DNA of 63,608 nt, filler included, from Syncephalis fuscata S228 (GCA_025786725.1; 6 parts of 6 records of this genome joined end to end with filler, not necessarily neighbours in it); one strand, 5' to 3'. Shown: positions 1-14,021, numbered from the whole stretch's first letter. A program made the numbers and translations. The notes: a model not told the origin generated them from the letters alone.

Positions 1-569
1 AAGCGTTATATTAGTTCTGCAGTAATTTTTTACACTAGATACATACCCATGTATCTGTTTAATAACTTATAGCTCAGCCAAATAGAGATGATAAAACATT
101 AGAATAGCTCACATTTAGTTGTTTCAACATATTTGTACAGTCCATTGCTTTAATAAACTAGAACAAAAGCTTAAATACAACTAGTAACTAAAGTAATAAA
201 CAATAACAATTATTGCAATGATAATGATAATAGCTTTATTTTATAGTAAATGATGCTGTAATGATAGAGAATTATTAAGGGAAAACCTGGATATTATTTC
301 CTTTACTATGTATTATAGGCTTTTTACTCGTGTAACAATATCGTATGGTTAATTATATTGACAGCTTTTTGGCAAGGATATTGAATTGTTATTAAGTGGC
401 TGATACTATTTAAAAGTAGGCTGAGACATGTATTATTTGCTTGCTGGTTGCAGGTAAATAGTTTACGCGTATAAGTGTCACATTGTTATATATACACAAT
501 AACTAATTATAATCACTAAATATGGAACAATGCATAATTAGAATGTTTATTTAATATACGCTAAATTAA
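1..569. repeat. Left arm of long inverted repeat (partner 4478-5046)
   Basis: 1-569 is the reverse complement of 4478-5046; I see only a homopolymer-length difference. It may extend beyond the window start. Confidence 0.95.
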
Positions 570-1089
570 ATAAATTAAATATTTCAATAATAATGAATTA
601 AAAATAATATTGATTTATTCATAGAGTTTAAAATAACAATCCAAAACTGCAATAATTAATTAAAAATAATTTAAAAGCAGTTAATTGATTCATAAAATTT
701 AATGCAATCACAAGGGGCTAATTTCCTTAGATTATGTAAGGGGAAAGCATATTTGCATGTACGTCAGGGGCGATCTAGTCAGGTATTAATTAACCAGGAT
801 ACACAAAACCCCTTGCTCCTTACCTCCTTAACATGACCATTTTACTTTCTCCTTCAGCCTTTCTCTGCCATGTCGTGCGGCATGCAAAAAATAAAAGAAA
901 TAAAGGCATGGTAATAAAGTTTTTAATAATTGCGCGTTATTGTGCTTCACTTCTGTGCCCTTCATCCAAACAAACTATCTGACTATTATATTTTCAAGCT
1001 CGTTAAACACAGTTGAATTTAATATTAGCCACGCTTTTATTGTATGCAATAGCAGTGAACAAAAAAAGACAGCTACACCGACATACAGC

Positions 1090-4000
1090 ATGGTCGCTCA
1101 CAATATGGTGGCCTTTTCGGCCGCTTTGCTAGCTATAGCTGGACTAGCATCGATTGCAGTTACTACGATGCCAGGCGCAATGGGCTCTCCTTTGCGAGAT
1201 GGCATCATTAGGACCAATAAAGAGACTAGAAACTGGCCAATCAAGATCCAGGCTCTTTCGAACAAGCCTAACAGACCATTTACATTTACTCGCACTGTAA
1301 CTGAAAACAAGCGGGAAGATGGTCTAGTTCCTGACCTTGTTAAGTCCCTTGGCCTTGAGCGTTTGACAGATCCGTTGCTTACTGAAGGAGGAATAGACAG
1401 AAATATACATGATGTCTTCCAACAACAGCCAGATGATGAACCACAAAATGTTCAAGACCAGTCATTTAATCAAAACGATGTCCCATCTGAACAAAACAAT
1501 ACTCCATCTAAACAAAACAATGCTCCATCTGAACAAAGTGACAATCCAGCTGATGTTCAAAGTTCAGAGCCGATGAGTAACAATAAAGATGATCGGCAAG
1601 TAATTGTTTAATTTTTGTATCAAGCATCTAATTTCTATTATAGACCAGCTCGTGATCTGTCGCAAGAACCTATATTACTTAAAAGTAAGTAAGCATAATT
1701 AGAATACACTTGACATGTACTGACAAAACTTAGTCAAAAAAGCAAAGGCACCTACCGCTTCATCAAAAACCCAAACAGATACACAGTATGTATATCATAA
1801 TTAAATATTTGTAGGTTTTGTTAATTGCATTTTGCTTAGGCCATTGCCCGAAGAAAACAACGATTTGCCATATGATGATGTCGATTCAGGATACGAGCAG
1901 AAGCCACATAAGCACGACTATTACTCCAAAGGTTACTATCGTAGCTACGACGACTATGGCTCATCCACGTATCCGCGCAAGTCAGGTGTACTAGGTGAAG
2001 AAACTATCGACGAAACTCCATTCCCAGAAACCGAAGCTCCAATGACTACTCCCGCTCCTGAGGCAACACCATCGGCGCCTGAAGCGACACCAGTGGTACC
2101 TGAGGCAACACCAGTGGTACCTGAGGCAACACCATCGGCACCTGAGGCAACACCAGTGGTACCCGAGACAACTGCTCCACTCAAAGTGAATAATGGGCCA
2201 TCATCGGCTGTCACTTCAAGTCCACCAGTTGAATTAATTTCAACGCCTGATCAACCAAGTAATGTGGAAACTCCTTCAGAACAAACGACGCCACCTGTTC
2301 AGCAACAGCCTGAAGAAGTTCCTCAGCAGCCAATGACTCCACCATTTCGGCCACAGCCTGAAGAAGTTCCTCAACAGCCAATGACTCCACCTGTTCAGCA
2401 ACAGCCTGAAGAAGTTCCTCAGCAGCCAATGACTCCACCATTTCGGCCACAGCCTGAAGAAGTTCCTCAGCAGCCAATGACTCCACCTGTTCAGCAACAG
2501 CCTGAAGAAGTTCCTCAACAGCCGATGACTCCACCATTTCGGCCACAGCCTGAAGAAGTTCCTCAACAGCCAATGGCTCCACCTGTTCAGCAACAGCCTG
2601 AAGAAGTTCCTCAACAGCCGATGACTCCACCATTTCGGCCACAGCCTGAAGAAGTTCCTCAGCAGCCAATGACTCCACCTGTTCAGCAACAGCCTGAAGA
2701 AGTTCCTCAACAGCCGATGACTCCACCATTTCGGCCAAAGCCTGAAGAAGTTCCTCAACAGCCAATGGCTCCACCTGTTCAGCAACAGCCTGAAGAAGTT
2801 CCTCAACAGCCAATGACTCCACCATTTCGGCCACAGCCTGAAGAAGTTCCTCAGCAGCCAATGACTCCACCTGTTCAGCAACAGCCTGAAGAAGTTCCTC
2901 AACAGCCGATGACTCCACCATTTCGGCCACAGCCTGAAGAAGTTTCTCAGCAGCCAATGACTCCACCTGTTCAGCAACAGCCTGAAGAAGTTCCTCAACA
3001 GCCAATGACTCCACCATTTCAATCACAAAAGCAACCTACTCCAACTGATCCGATGGTAACTCCAATTATGCCACAGTCCATACCCGCATCTGAGTCGACT
3101 CCTGCAAGAAATCCAATTTTAGCAGAAGACCCACTCATGACTCCAGAACCGGCCGCAACAAAGCCTGAAGATACTTTAGATAATCGTCCAAAAGAAGTTG
3201 TCGCTACTCCTATACAAAAAATTCCCGAAAATACGTCAACACCAAATCCAGCCGTTGCCGTCGAGACTGCTACTCCAGTGATTGAATCGCCAACTCCAAT
3301 TGCTGTATCGACTAATATAGCAGGACCAGATGCTACAAAGCCTACACCTGTGATTGTGGTACCCACTAAGGTTCAACCAGCTGTTGTAGCACCTACTCGA
3401 GTCGCAACAAAGCCAGCTGCAGTTGTACTACCTTCAGTAGAGGGTACAAGGCTAACAAATTCCGATGCGCTCCCAGTTTCAGAGACTAATACTAATGTTC
3501 CTCAAACTAATAACGTGCCTATAGTACCAAATACACATAATGATGTTTTTAGCGATGGACGTTCGCCAATCTATCCCCCTCATCAAATCTGGAACCATCA
3601 CGACTTCCCCAATAACCATCATCACTCCGGCGTACTCTCATACCACGAAGGAATGAACTATCCTCATGAAAATGATTTCCATTATGGCAATTTCCAACAT
3701 GGCCGTCCACATTTCGAATCTGAAAAGTTTGGACCTGGCCCTTACGGTCATGGTGGTCCACATTTCGAATCTGAAAAGTTTGGACACAAACCTTACGCTC
3801 CCTACAGACCATCGTACGGCTCTGGCGTTTTAGGCAGTCATTTTTCTGGTGACATGGCCCACAAAGACTTCAGACCACATCACGCACCAGCCCATCACGG
3901 TAAACATGGTGGCAAATCCCATGATGGTAACAAATACGGCAAAGACTATAACGGCGACAAGGATGAGGGCGAGGGCAATTTAACTAGTGGTAGCAATTAT

Positions 4001-4126
4001 TATAGCAGCAACAAAGCCACCAAGCACCCACGCTCAGGCGCCAAGAAGGCGGCAACTAGCTATTATAAGGGCAATCGTCAAGATAAAGATGACTACAGCG
4101 ACGATTCTGAAAGCACCGACGACTAG
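1090..4126 (+). CDS. Secreted Pro/Gln/Glu-rich repeat protein with His/Gly-rich C-terminus (4 exons: 1090-1595, 1644-1684, 1734-1787, 1840-4126)
   Basis: ATG 1090 is followed by a hydrophobic signal-like stretch (MVAHNMVAFSAALLAIAGLASIA). The exons join in one frame if intron 1 is GC-AG. The final exon is the 1832..4126 ORF. Confidence 0.75.
2288..3020 (+). repeat. Coding minisatellite: 15 x 48-bp units alternating two types (96-bp higher-order repeat)
   Basis: TPPVQQQPEEVPQQPM and TPPFRPQPEEVPQQPM alternate strictly. A separate 21-bp PEATP(SA/VV) repeat lies at ~2058-2165. Confidence 0.95.
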
Positions 4127-4477
4127 ATTAATCACTATTAGTATGTGAATCAAGCTGTTTCCCGATTTCTAATTTTATTATTAGTTGTAATTCTTTAACG
4201 CGTGGCTGTTTTTTGCACACATCTAAAATATTCGGAGCAAAACAAACAATCGGATGTTTAGCGAATTTCAACAACTATATATTGTTATTATTCTAATTAA
4301 ATATAATAATAATAATACCAAACAATTTGTAATTTTGGCAGCGTCTATAATGTTAGTTGCTTTTTAATGTTGATAATCATAATATTGTTTAATTATAAGT
4401 AATGTGCTTGGTTAACTTAAGTGCAAAATTAAATTAAATAATGGCTTGTGTATACTAATTGTTACAAAATTATAGTA

Positions 4478-5046
4478 TTAATTTAGCGTATATTAAATAA
4501 ACATTCTAATTATGCATTGTTCCATATTTAGTGATTATAATTAGTTATTGTGTATATATAACAATGTGACACTTATACGCGTAAACTATTTACCTGCAAC
4601 CAGCAAGCAAATAATACATGTCTCAGCCTACTTTTAAATAGTATCAGCCACTTAATAACAATTCAATATCCTTGCCAAAAAGCTGTCAATATAATTAACC
4701 ATACGATATTGTTACACGAGTAAAAAGCCTATAATACATAGTAAAGGAAATAATATCCAGGTTTTCCCTTAATAATTCTCTATCATTACAGCATCATTTA
4801 CTATAAAATAAAGCTATTATCATTATCATTGCAATAATTGTTATTGTTTATTACTTTAGTTACTAGTTGTATTTAAGCTTTTGTTCTAGTTTATTAAAGC
4901 AATGGACTGTACAAATATGTTGAAACAACTAAATGTGAGCTATTCTAATGTTTTATCATCTCTATTTGGCTGAGCTATAAGTTATTAAACAGATACATGG
5001 GTATGTATCTAGTGTAAAAAATTACTGCAGAACTAATATAACGCTT
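4478..5046. repeat. Right arm of long inverted repeat (partner 1-569)
   Basis: Direct sequence comparison. Confidence 0.95.
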
Positions 5047-6694
5047 AAATACAAATTCAATACTATGTGTTGCTTAGTCAACCGGTTGCCATTTCTAATT
5101 ATTAGGACAATAGTAGTAGTTCAGCTATAATAAACTAAATAATTTGTTTGGCACTAAGTAGAAATAAAAAAAACTAAAAACTGATAATTAGCTTTGATGA
5201 TGTAGAATAAAGCTATCATTTTATATTATATATATATAATATTGTATAAATTATTTGTAGTATTTTAGCAGCAATACAGCGCATTAATTAGCATAGTTAT
5301 TCATATGCTTACTGTTAACGTGTTTACGGGTTATATATTTTTAATAGTTGTTTGTTGTTATTGTTTAACATTGGTATTCAATACAGGTATTATTACTGTC
5401 TGTTTACATATAGTTTTATTAGATTTAATTAATCACGCAGTATATTTTTTAATTACATATTTATAGCAATATGATTATAATATTGGAACTGTAGTAATAC
5501 GACCATCGTAAAAATGTAATATTTATATTACATTTCTACAATGATCTTATGTATTCAGAATAACAAATAATTTCATTTTGCAATATTCATAAATATTTTG
5601 CATCAATGATAAAATCTTATGCATTATAAACTCAACACTACTAATTGTACACTTTCTACTTTATATTTGTTCTATTCTGTATAATTTATCTTGCAGTAGT
5701 CGTGTACTATCCATAACTATTGCTCGTTTGTCTCTAATTCAATCACCAATAAACTTTGATCAACTTTGTTATTGGGCATATATACGGATAAAACAAGTGA
5801 TATGGGTATGCATAAACTTATTACTTTATTAAAAAGCGTACTGAGCTAGTTATTTATGACTAATGATTGCTGGACTAGTTAATGCCAAATAAGTTGGTAT
5901 GGAGCTGTAGAAAGTTTAAAAAATAAAAGAATGTAAGAATTAATATTGCAACACTGTGAGAATGTAACAGCATGGTGATATTGAAATTAAATATATTTAT
6001 ACAGAAGAAGAATAAATTATATAATAAATTTGATGACCAATATAGCTTATCACTTGTCCCATGTTCAATAAATAGAATGTTATTAATTTAGTCATTTACA
6101 CTCAAATTACATTATGCTTTAATTATTTAATGCTAATTACCACTTGGACACATGTTTAATAGTTTTTTTTAATGTATTGCTAGGCTAATAATAAAAGTAT
6201 TATCATTAAATACTATATTTATTGGGGCAAAATTTATATAACAATTTATTTTAATAATAGATCTTAATGCCATAAGGCTAAAAAGCAATGTTTAATTGCT
6301 ATAAAGTGTAGCGAAACAAATTGTAATTTAATGCAAACAAATAATATTTCAATAATATGCTCAGTCAATTTTTAAACATTCCGTAATATTGTGATCGTAT
6401 TGACTAGTAAATAAATTGTTGGTATTTCACAAAGTTGAAATGAAAATGAAATGTGAAAATATAAAAACAAATGCTTAGTATAGCATTTAGAAATAGTTAA
6501 AAGACCCACAGTGGTTTAAAGAGTCGTACTAAAGGAACGACGTGTAATGGGTTGTTGTATGGTGCTAAAATAAAGTGTGTAGGTTGAATACACGGTATAA
6601 AAATCAAACTGAAAGAAACGTTGTATGTACAAATGATTACATCGTTTACCGGCTTCGTGACAAATTGCCTATCGTTTTAGTTGATTAGAACCGA

Positions 6695-8454
6695 TTAGAC
6701 AATCACACGAGTGGCAACGAGACCGGTTGCCGTTGTGGGACTGGCCAGTGTGATGGGCAGTACAGGTCCTGATGGCGATGACATGCCGTTGTAGTCGCAT
6801 TTAATTTCAGTTGTATTTGAAAATGTAAAGTCATTGCTATTTATATTGCCGTGCGAATGTTCTGAAATGGTGAATGTATCAAAAGAGCGCGGTAATTCGA
6901 CATAGGCCAATGAATCTGCTGCAAGTGAAATACGTTTGGTCATTATATCATTGGAGAATAGCTTTTCTCCACGCGATAATGCCTTTTGTCGTCGACGCTC
7001 AGCGCGACGTTCATGCGTACGTTCATGCTGGGCCAAATTATCTCGACGTGCAAAGCGTCGTGCACAACCAGCCCATGAGCACGAATAAGGACGTTCCTGT
7101 GTATGTACACGCTGGTGACGTCGTACGTGTTCGGCACGATTAAAGCGACGCTGACAGATTGGACAGACATGAGCTGAGGACGGAGAAATACCACCAGCAA
7201 TGCTGGCACGATACATAGGAGCTCCTGAAATTGCTGCCACGGTTGAGTTACGACGAACGACATTGGTAGACGATAAATTGGCCGCTAACGATAGTGCAGG
7301 CGATGAAGCATGTCGCGCTAGTGCACGTATTGTACTAGGCGGCGATGACGATGACGATGGCGATGATTGAGGTACTTCATGCGATGCTACTATGCTAGAC
7401 GGACTGGTCAAAGCGTATCCTTCGGCAAAAAGAGATGCGTTGGCATTATGCGCGTGTAATCCTATCGAAGGATCAACTGCACTGGTGAATGAAGTGTATG
7501 TCTGTGACGTTACCGAGCTAGCTGAGAAATCGGAGCCAGGACTACTTGGCGACCATGTAGAGTCAGCGTGATGTTCTCTGTTTAATAAATACTTTATGCT
7601 TGGTAGACGTGATGCAGATTCTGAAGGCGTTAGTGGTGGAGTGCCATCAAATAGCTGGCTATGCGCAATATGACTGCCATTGAACGACGTCGTTGACTCG
7701 TCTAGTCCTCCATTGTTTTCAGATCCAAACTCACTATTTGGCGTCTCATCGCATGTCTCTAGCAGCGAAGAGAGACGCATTCGTTGGTACTGGCCAAGTG
7801 CCGGTGCACTGCCACGACGAGCACCTGTCCAGCCGCGTGGTGGAAATGTATTCCATCCGGCTGATGGAGCCAGTCCTGCAGACTGTGGACTAGATCCCAC
7901 TGCGTCCAATGTGTCTACATCGGTATTTGCAGACGATTGCAATTCATCAATCGTCGATGTAGACTCCATCAAACTTGGCTGTTGCATAGAAAGAAACGAT
8001 GAATCGACAAAGGCAAAGTGGGGTCCTGGATGAGCCTCTGGTGAGCTAGCAGGTGTGGTATTGGTGTTAGTAATAACATTTGTGGCCGATGATACCATCA
8101 ACGACGTATTACTATGAAGGGATAGATTGGCTCTTGAGTTCAAATAAGGCATTGAATGGGAACGCGATAAATTCTGTGTTTCTGGGATATTACTAAGGCC
8201 AGTAATGCTATTATTATTGCTGCTATTGCTACTGCCGATGCTGCTATTCACGCTAGGCAGCCAAGCAAGCCCCTTTAATTGCGAAACCGAAGGAGGGGAA
8301 GGCAGTGACCCTGCGTCGTATTGAACAAACGGATCCTGTCCAAATGAAGAGCCAGACACCCTACGTTGACGTAGAAGTGTATCAGCCGAGGTCAGCAGTG
8401 TGCTGCCTGCATCTGCAGTAAAGCATTCTTTAAGCGATGGTAGTCGTTGGTCAC
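6695..8454 (-). CDS. C2H2 zinc-finger transcription factor (two fingers, Msn2/Usv1/Mig1-type); main exon, first exon upstream uncertain
   Basis: CPICQRRFNRAEHVRRHQRVHTQERPYSCSWAGCARRFARRDNLAQHERTH. Ser-rich disordered region with RLPSL/RLPSI motifs. The frame stays open upstream of the ORF call to a pyrimidine-tract/CAG acceptor at 8455. Confidence 0.88.
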
Positions 8455-10272
8455 CTGTGAAACAAAAAAAGGCGCATAATAGACACTGCTGGTTAATGCC
8501 CGTTCAAAACTTCACGCCCAGTACGCCTTGTTCAAACATCTTTAGCCTATAACTTGTTTTTGCGATGGAGCGTGCGTATTCCAGCATCGATTACACACTG
8601 TCATAGCCTTAATATCAAAAAATAACCACTGAGACAGCCAAAAAACGGTCATGAGGTACTTGTATGTGTGCAAGGGGTGTTTCAAAGCTATAGTTCGCTT
8701 TGCCTATATTCCTATTGCTCTCCTTGGAACAAGCACGCTGTGTCATCAGAACATGTAAGTTCTGTGGGTGTGTGGGTGAATAACATAATTCAAACTCCGA
8801 CACCGACTACATATGTTTTACTGCCCCATTTTGACTGTGGCCATTTGACCATACTAAATTTTGATTGGCAACAAAGGTCGTCCAATCATTAAATCATCAT
8901 GAGTCCATATGGTTACTCTTTTACTACACAATGGCCATTGTGTGTTTGTTATTATTTATAATAGCATCAATATCACCATTAATAAAATATAAATAATAAT
9001 ACTAATAATGACCATACTAGTTATTGTTAAAATGACACAACACAATTGGGACAGCTTTTTTAAAAGCTGGCTCCTTCAAACTAAGGGCATGACTGCACGC
9101 GTAGACTCATACCATGCAACCACCACCTGATATAACTCTGTACATGATACTGCAAAGCCGTATAGTCTATTCTATCAATGGGAATAGCAACTTACCAGAC
9201 ATGGCGTGTATAGTTTATGGTTATGGTGCACAAGCGGAAGTTACGTGTACTATTTAGTATTAATAGCCGGCGTGTACTGTACGTTGAATCCTGGGATAAA
9301 TATGATAGTACAAGTGGATGTTTACTGCGGATAATAACAAACAACAAGTCAGTACTGAAACAAATGACGAGAAACAACAAAATCAAAGAATACTAAAGAG
9401 TAATACAAGCTGACCATAAACAGGTGCAAGAAACGAGGCGGTGGAACCGATAGAAAGAAAATGAAGCAAGCAATAGTATAGATAGATATAGCGCACGCGT
9501 GCTATGTGCAATTTAGTAGCGCTGACAAAACCACTTGCAAAACCAAAAGAGTAGTTGCTGTTAATATATTCAATATTGTATACTAAACTTGCTAACGTCT
9601 AGACGAGAGCAAGACTAAAGTACCGAAGGAATATCAGCAAAAGTAGAGGCAACAACAGTAGCAATAGTAGTTACAACAACGGCGACCACGACGACGACGA
9701 CGACAACAAACGTAAAAGTGTAGACGACGTAATACGTGAATGTGCAACGAAATGAAAGAACAACAAAAGCAAACAGCTTCAAAGTACCAGCCTATGCGAA
9801 TGACAAGCAATGAAGGACAACAGCTATTGTAATAAAAAAGAGCTTTAAAATGAATATTCACGCAAACGACTGAAGCGAGTGGTGAAAGTGAATAGAGGAA
9901 AGAAAACGCGCTGATTCGAAAAATGGCTACGTGGATGTGTGGTTTATTATTATTATGTTTAAACAGCAACGGTATATCGCACTTTAAGGAGAGAGAATAG
10001 CAGATGGATTGGAGATAGGTGACAAGGGGGAGGAAGGAGGAAGCACAGCAGTAGCATCAACATCAGCATCAGCAGCAGCAGCAGCAGCAGAGGAAAAAAG
10101 AATAGGAGAGTGAGGAGAGGAGAGGAAGGCTATAACAAACCTGTACTCTTTTTCTTGCGTGCACGCGTGCTTGTACTCAATCAATTTCTTTGAATGGTTT
10201 ATTGACTTTTTCTGCGTCGTAATGGATGCTCACCTGAGTAAGTGTACAAAAGGAGTACTACGTATTTCGTAT

Positions 10273-10295
<23 letters not shown>
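10273..10295. repeat. (TG)n microsatellite
   Basis: tgtgtgtg run; a (GCA)n run also occurs at ~10068-10090. Confidence 0.9.
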
Positions 10296-10303
<8 letters not shown>

Positions 10304-12458
10304 TTAAAAGGGAGAAGTACAGATATAGTAAAATTGCAAGTACAAGAGAAATAGCTTAGGTGCTATAAAAAAGGGGACAGAACGTGGTGCGGGGAATCTT
10401 TGTCAGGCAATATTACCATGAAATAGCTGCAGTTGTCATGAATTAGCGAAAAGGGAGGATGCAGATATGTCACATTCAAGGTCCTAAGTAGTATTGCCGA
10501 GCGGGAATAATAACAATAAATGATGCTATTTGATAAAGACTAGGATCAACATAAGTCTTTATTATTCTTTCCGAGTCGTGATAGATTTAGCAGAGTTTTA
10601 GCCAACCGATACCGACAATCTATGCCTAAGAAGGAGATACAAGGATGGCGGTTAGAAACAAAACAGCGTTGAATAGGCTAGAACCGAAAAATGTCGTCGG
10701 AGAGATGGTTGCGCATGTAAGTATCGACATGGATCGACAAGCATCGATAAATACACAAGGAGGCTGTGTAAAAAAGACCCTGATATAATTCATAGATAAA
10801 ATTGCACTGTATAACACTGTTATCTCTATTCGTCATTCATTCATCAAACGGTAATGGTCAATTAATTACTGCAAGCCTACTCTCAGCTGACCAGGTTGGA
10901 GTGACACGAAGCTGCCCTATATTGGAGGCAATGCTTCATGATCAATTAATTAATGTCTTGATTGGCTATGACATTGCCCCATCGATAAAACAGCAATGCT
11001 GTAATAGCAATGAACGCAGTAATCCATGGCCGCAATGGCCATAACAAGGCGATAAGAAACATGGCTAGACATCAGGTGACGGAGGACTCATTTCCTTTTC
11101 TCTGACGTAGAAACATGTGTGTTTTAGGAGTAAAACCACGTAGAAAACGCCGTTTGTTATTTCAAAATATAAACTGTTCTTACTGTACTAATACAAAGTT
11201 ATTTAATATTACAGCAATGGCTTTTAACAGCTCATTTATATATTTAATAACACATCATTTAATAAAATTATAATTTAATAGCTTTAAAATGAACATTATT
11301 ATTCTGATCACGCTAATCATGTTTATTGTTTTGATTATACCTCATCGAGTTATGATAAGAAAATCTTGAAACGGCCATGCGCACATGCGTATACAGCTGC
11401 AAGTGATGGCCAGCCAAAGCAGTGAAGATTGAAATGCAGCTACAGTTAGAATGCACTGCTGCCATATAATAGCCACTTCTTTGTACTACAAACTGATAAT
11501 TATGACGTTTTTACATCATTTAATAGCATCCCTTGTATTCTTCCTATCAATCGTCGATTTTTTAAATCTACCATCATTGTTTAGTATTGATAACAACAAT
11601 GAATGGACTAATGTTCATTGTGCAGATAAACGCCAAGAAAAAGCAGTATTTTTGAAAAAGAAAGGGGACCCATACAATGACATGCATGCCGATATAGGTG
11701 ATGTACGCATGGATGGGCGTTTAAAACAGCGCAAGAGAAAGCGCGGCAATAAACATGTTCTATACCGCGATAAACGGTGCTGTTGCAAAGGCAAGAGCTG
11801 CAAGTAAACGCATTGCACGCTTTATATGGAATGCAACTCTTATTATGGCAGTCGAAATCAAGTAGCCACCCATTATATTACTATTGTTACTACTATTATT
11901 GTAACTATTGTTGGAATCTAGACAACGGCTCAACCGCGACCAAGGTGGGGCTTAATTAAACATTAATCTGCAGTGCAATAATAGATTGCATACCAAGCCT
12001 TTGTACAATAATGGTAAAAAGATTAGCCGAATGCCTATTTTGATTGTCATAGCTACATTTTATTCATTATTTATCTGTAAAGCACCACCAATAACGGCCA
12101 CAACAATACAGGGTTAGTAATGATAGATGATAAGTATCCATGCCACGGCTGCGGCAGTCACCCACGTGATACAGCCATGGCTTTACTTGGGTCTGTATGG
12201 TTGTATATTTATGTGTAACACGGACTGGCTTAAAACGGTAATTCCTTGAATGCACAGACAGTAAAAGGCCGATGGCTACACAAAATGGCAAAGAACTTTT
12301 GGTGGCAACATTTACTGATTTTAACTATTCTATTGCCATTTCTTTTATTGTTAACTAATTTATTATTATTAAAATAATTATTTTATTGCTGATTTATAAT
12401 TACTATTGTTACTAATAGTTAACATGAATAAAATACACTAACAATAGACCAATATCAT

Positions 12459-13921
12459 TTAAATAAAATGCCCTCGATTTTCACGTCGAGGTGCAGTCAC
12501 AGTTGTAGACGAGCGTTTAAGTACTTCCTCGCTAATGGTGATAACAAGATTGACAGCACCTTCGCGCGACATGTCACCTTGAATCATTAGATCGAGGCCA
12601 GCACCCGTTCCCTCCATTGACGCTTTGCCGTCAATCGTTAAACTATTGGCGGCTTCAGTCTTACCGACTGTCCACCGCTGTAACGACATACGACCGGCTG
12701 TCGTCATACCGACCGTGTTGATTAGTTCAAATAGCTGTTGCGTAGATGACTTGTCATTCGGACATGACAAACGATCTGATTTGCGCAAACTACCATCATT
12801 ACCGTCGAGTAATTTCTCATTGCCACTAAAGCAAATGAGTCATCTACACCGTGTGATCTATCAACAAATGTGCAAAGAATTCACGTTCTTCTTTAGCCCT
12901 TCAGCTCGCCATGCCACCAGCAAATGTGGCTGACAAGCAAGCATTTGGCCATCCGGCCAGGCCAGCGCGTAAAGTAATAAACCAACACTGGCAGCCGGTG
13001 CCGATACTGATGCTGCAGTAAATGAAAATTGGCACTAGCTCGGCCACCATTACCGCGGATCATTGCTGTAGGCTGTGTTGTACAGCTACCAACGATAGTT
13101 GTACACTCAATTCGCTTTAATAAAAGATAAGGATGGCGATTTTCAATCATTACATAGACAGGATCGGGTAGTGCATCTAATAAACAGCAATTATAGTTAT
13201 TAGTCTTAATTGGTTATTTATAATTATATATAACCTACCATTAATAATCTCACTAAATGGTAATGGAAATTGTAATTCATCAACTCGCTATTAAAACAAT
13301 ATTAAAACAATACGAATATTAATATAAATATTTTGTTAGATCACTTATATAACGTTATAAATAAGCTTACTTCGTCAAGTAATAATTCTTTAAGTGCTAT
13401 ACGTAGTTTAGCATTGGAGCCTGAGGTTAAACTGGCTTGTATCTCAATTTGTCGATTATCGTCAATGGCAATTTCCATATCGACTGCACCATAACAAGAG
13501 AAACGACTCATGGCTTCAAGTCCAGAAAGTATATCATTCCACAAACGATAATCGGTATCGCTAGGCATTTGTCGTTCGGAATTTAATGCAACAATCTCCA
13601 GCAACAAACGACTAGGCGCATTCTTTGACATCTGCCAACCGACAAGCAAAAGGATCGGTGATGACATAGGCGTGCCATCTGTATAACTAAGCCGATAAGC
13701 AAGAATACCCTCAAGTCGAGTATTAGCTTCGGCAGTAGTGGCATCGTAGATTCGAGTGGCCGATGAGAATATGCCCCAGTCTTCGTTGGTATTGTGTTGG
13801 TCAAGTTGTTCACTCGGTGAATGTGAACAAATACCTTCAATAGCCCGACAGCCTACCAATTGTAGTGTAATATTAGATAGATTGTTTTTAATAGCAAATA
13901 TTAAATTCAATTTTTCTTTAA
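12459..13921 (-). pseudogene. 5'-truncated multi-exon gene with two tandem homologous domains of possible actinoporin/aegerolysin-like fold; second domain frameshifted
   Basis: Domain 1: IKNNLSNITL..GICSHSP..LEGILAYRL..DGTPMSSPILLLVGW..IEIQASLTSG..LRIALKE. Domain 2: IENRHPYLLL..GSCTTQP..VLVYY..DGQMLACQPHLLVAW..LMIQGDMS..LVITISEE, spread over three frames. The shifts may be consensus errors rather than true lesions. Confidence 0.5.
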
Positions 13922-14021
13922 NNNNNNNNNNNNNNNNNNNNNNNNNNNNNNNNNNNNNNNNNNNNTTAATTAATTAANNNNNNNNNNNNNNNNNNNNNNN
14001 NNNNNNNNNNNNNNNNNNNNN
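13922..14021. other. Artificial contig linker
   Basis: N-run + TTAATTAATTAA (stops in all frames) + N-run. Confidence 0.99.

Noticed and set aside
2211-3026. Antisense ORFs (VESLAVEELLQAVAE and WWSHWLLRNFFRL repeats)
   Set aside because: Shadow frames of the stop-free 48-bp coding repeat on the + strand.
8600-12400. Short ORFs in the long region upstream of the zinc-finger gene
   Set aside because: Low-complexity or microsatellite-derived; more likely leader, intron or regulatory DNA.
13922-14021. TTAATTAATTAA palindrome within N runs (five occurrences)
   Set aside because: Synthetic contig linker; adjacency across it carries no biological meaning.
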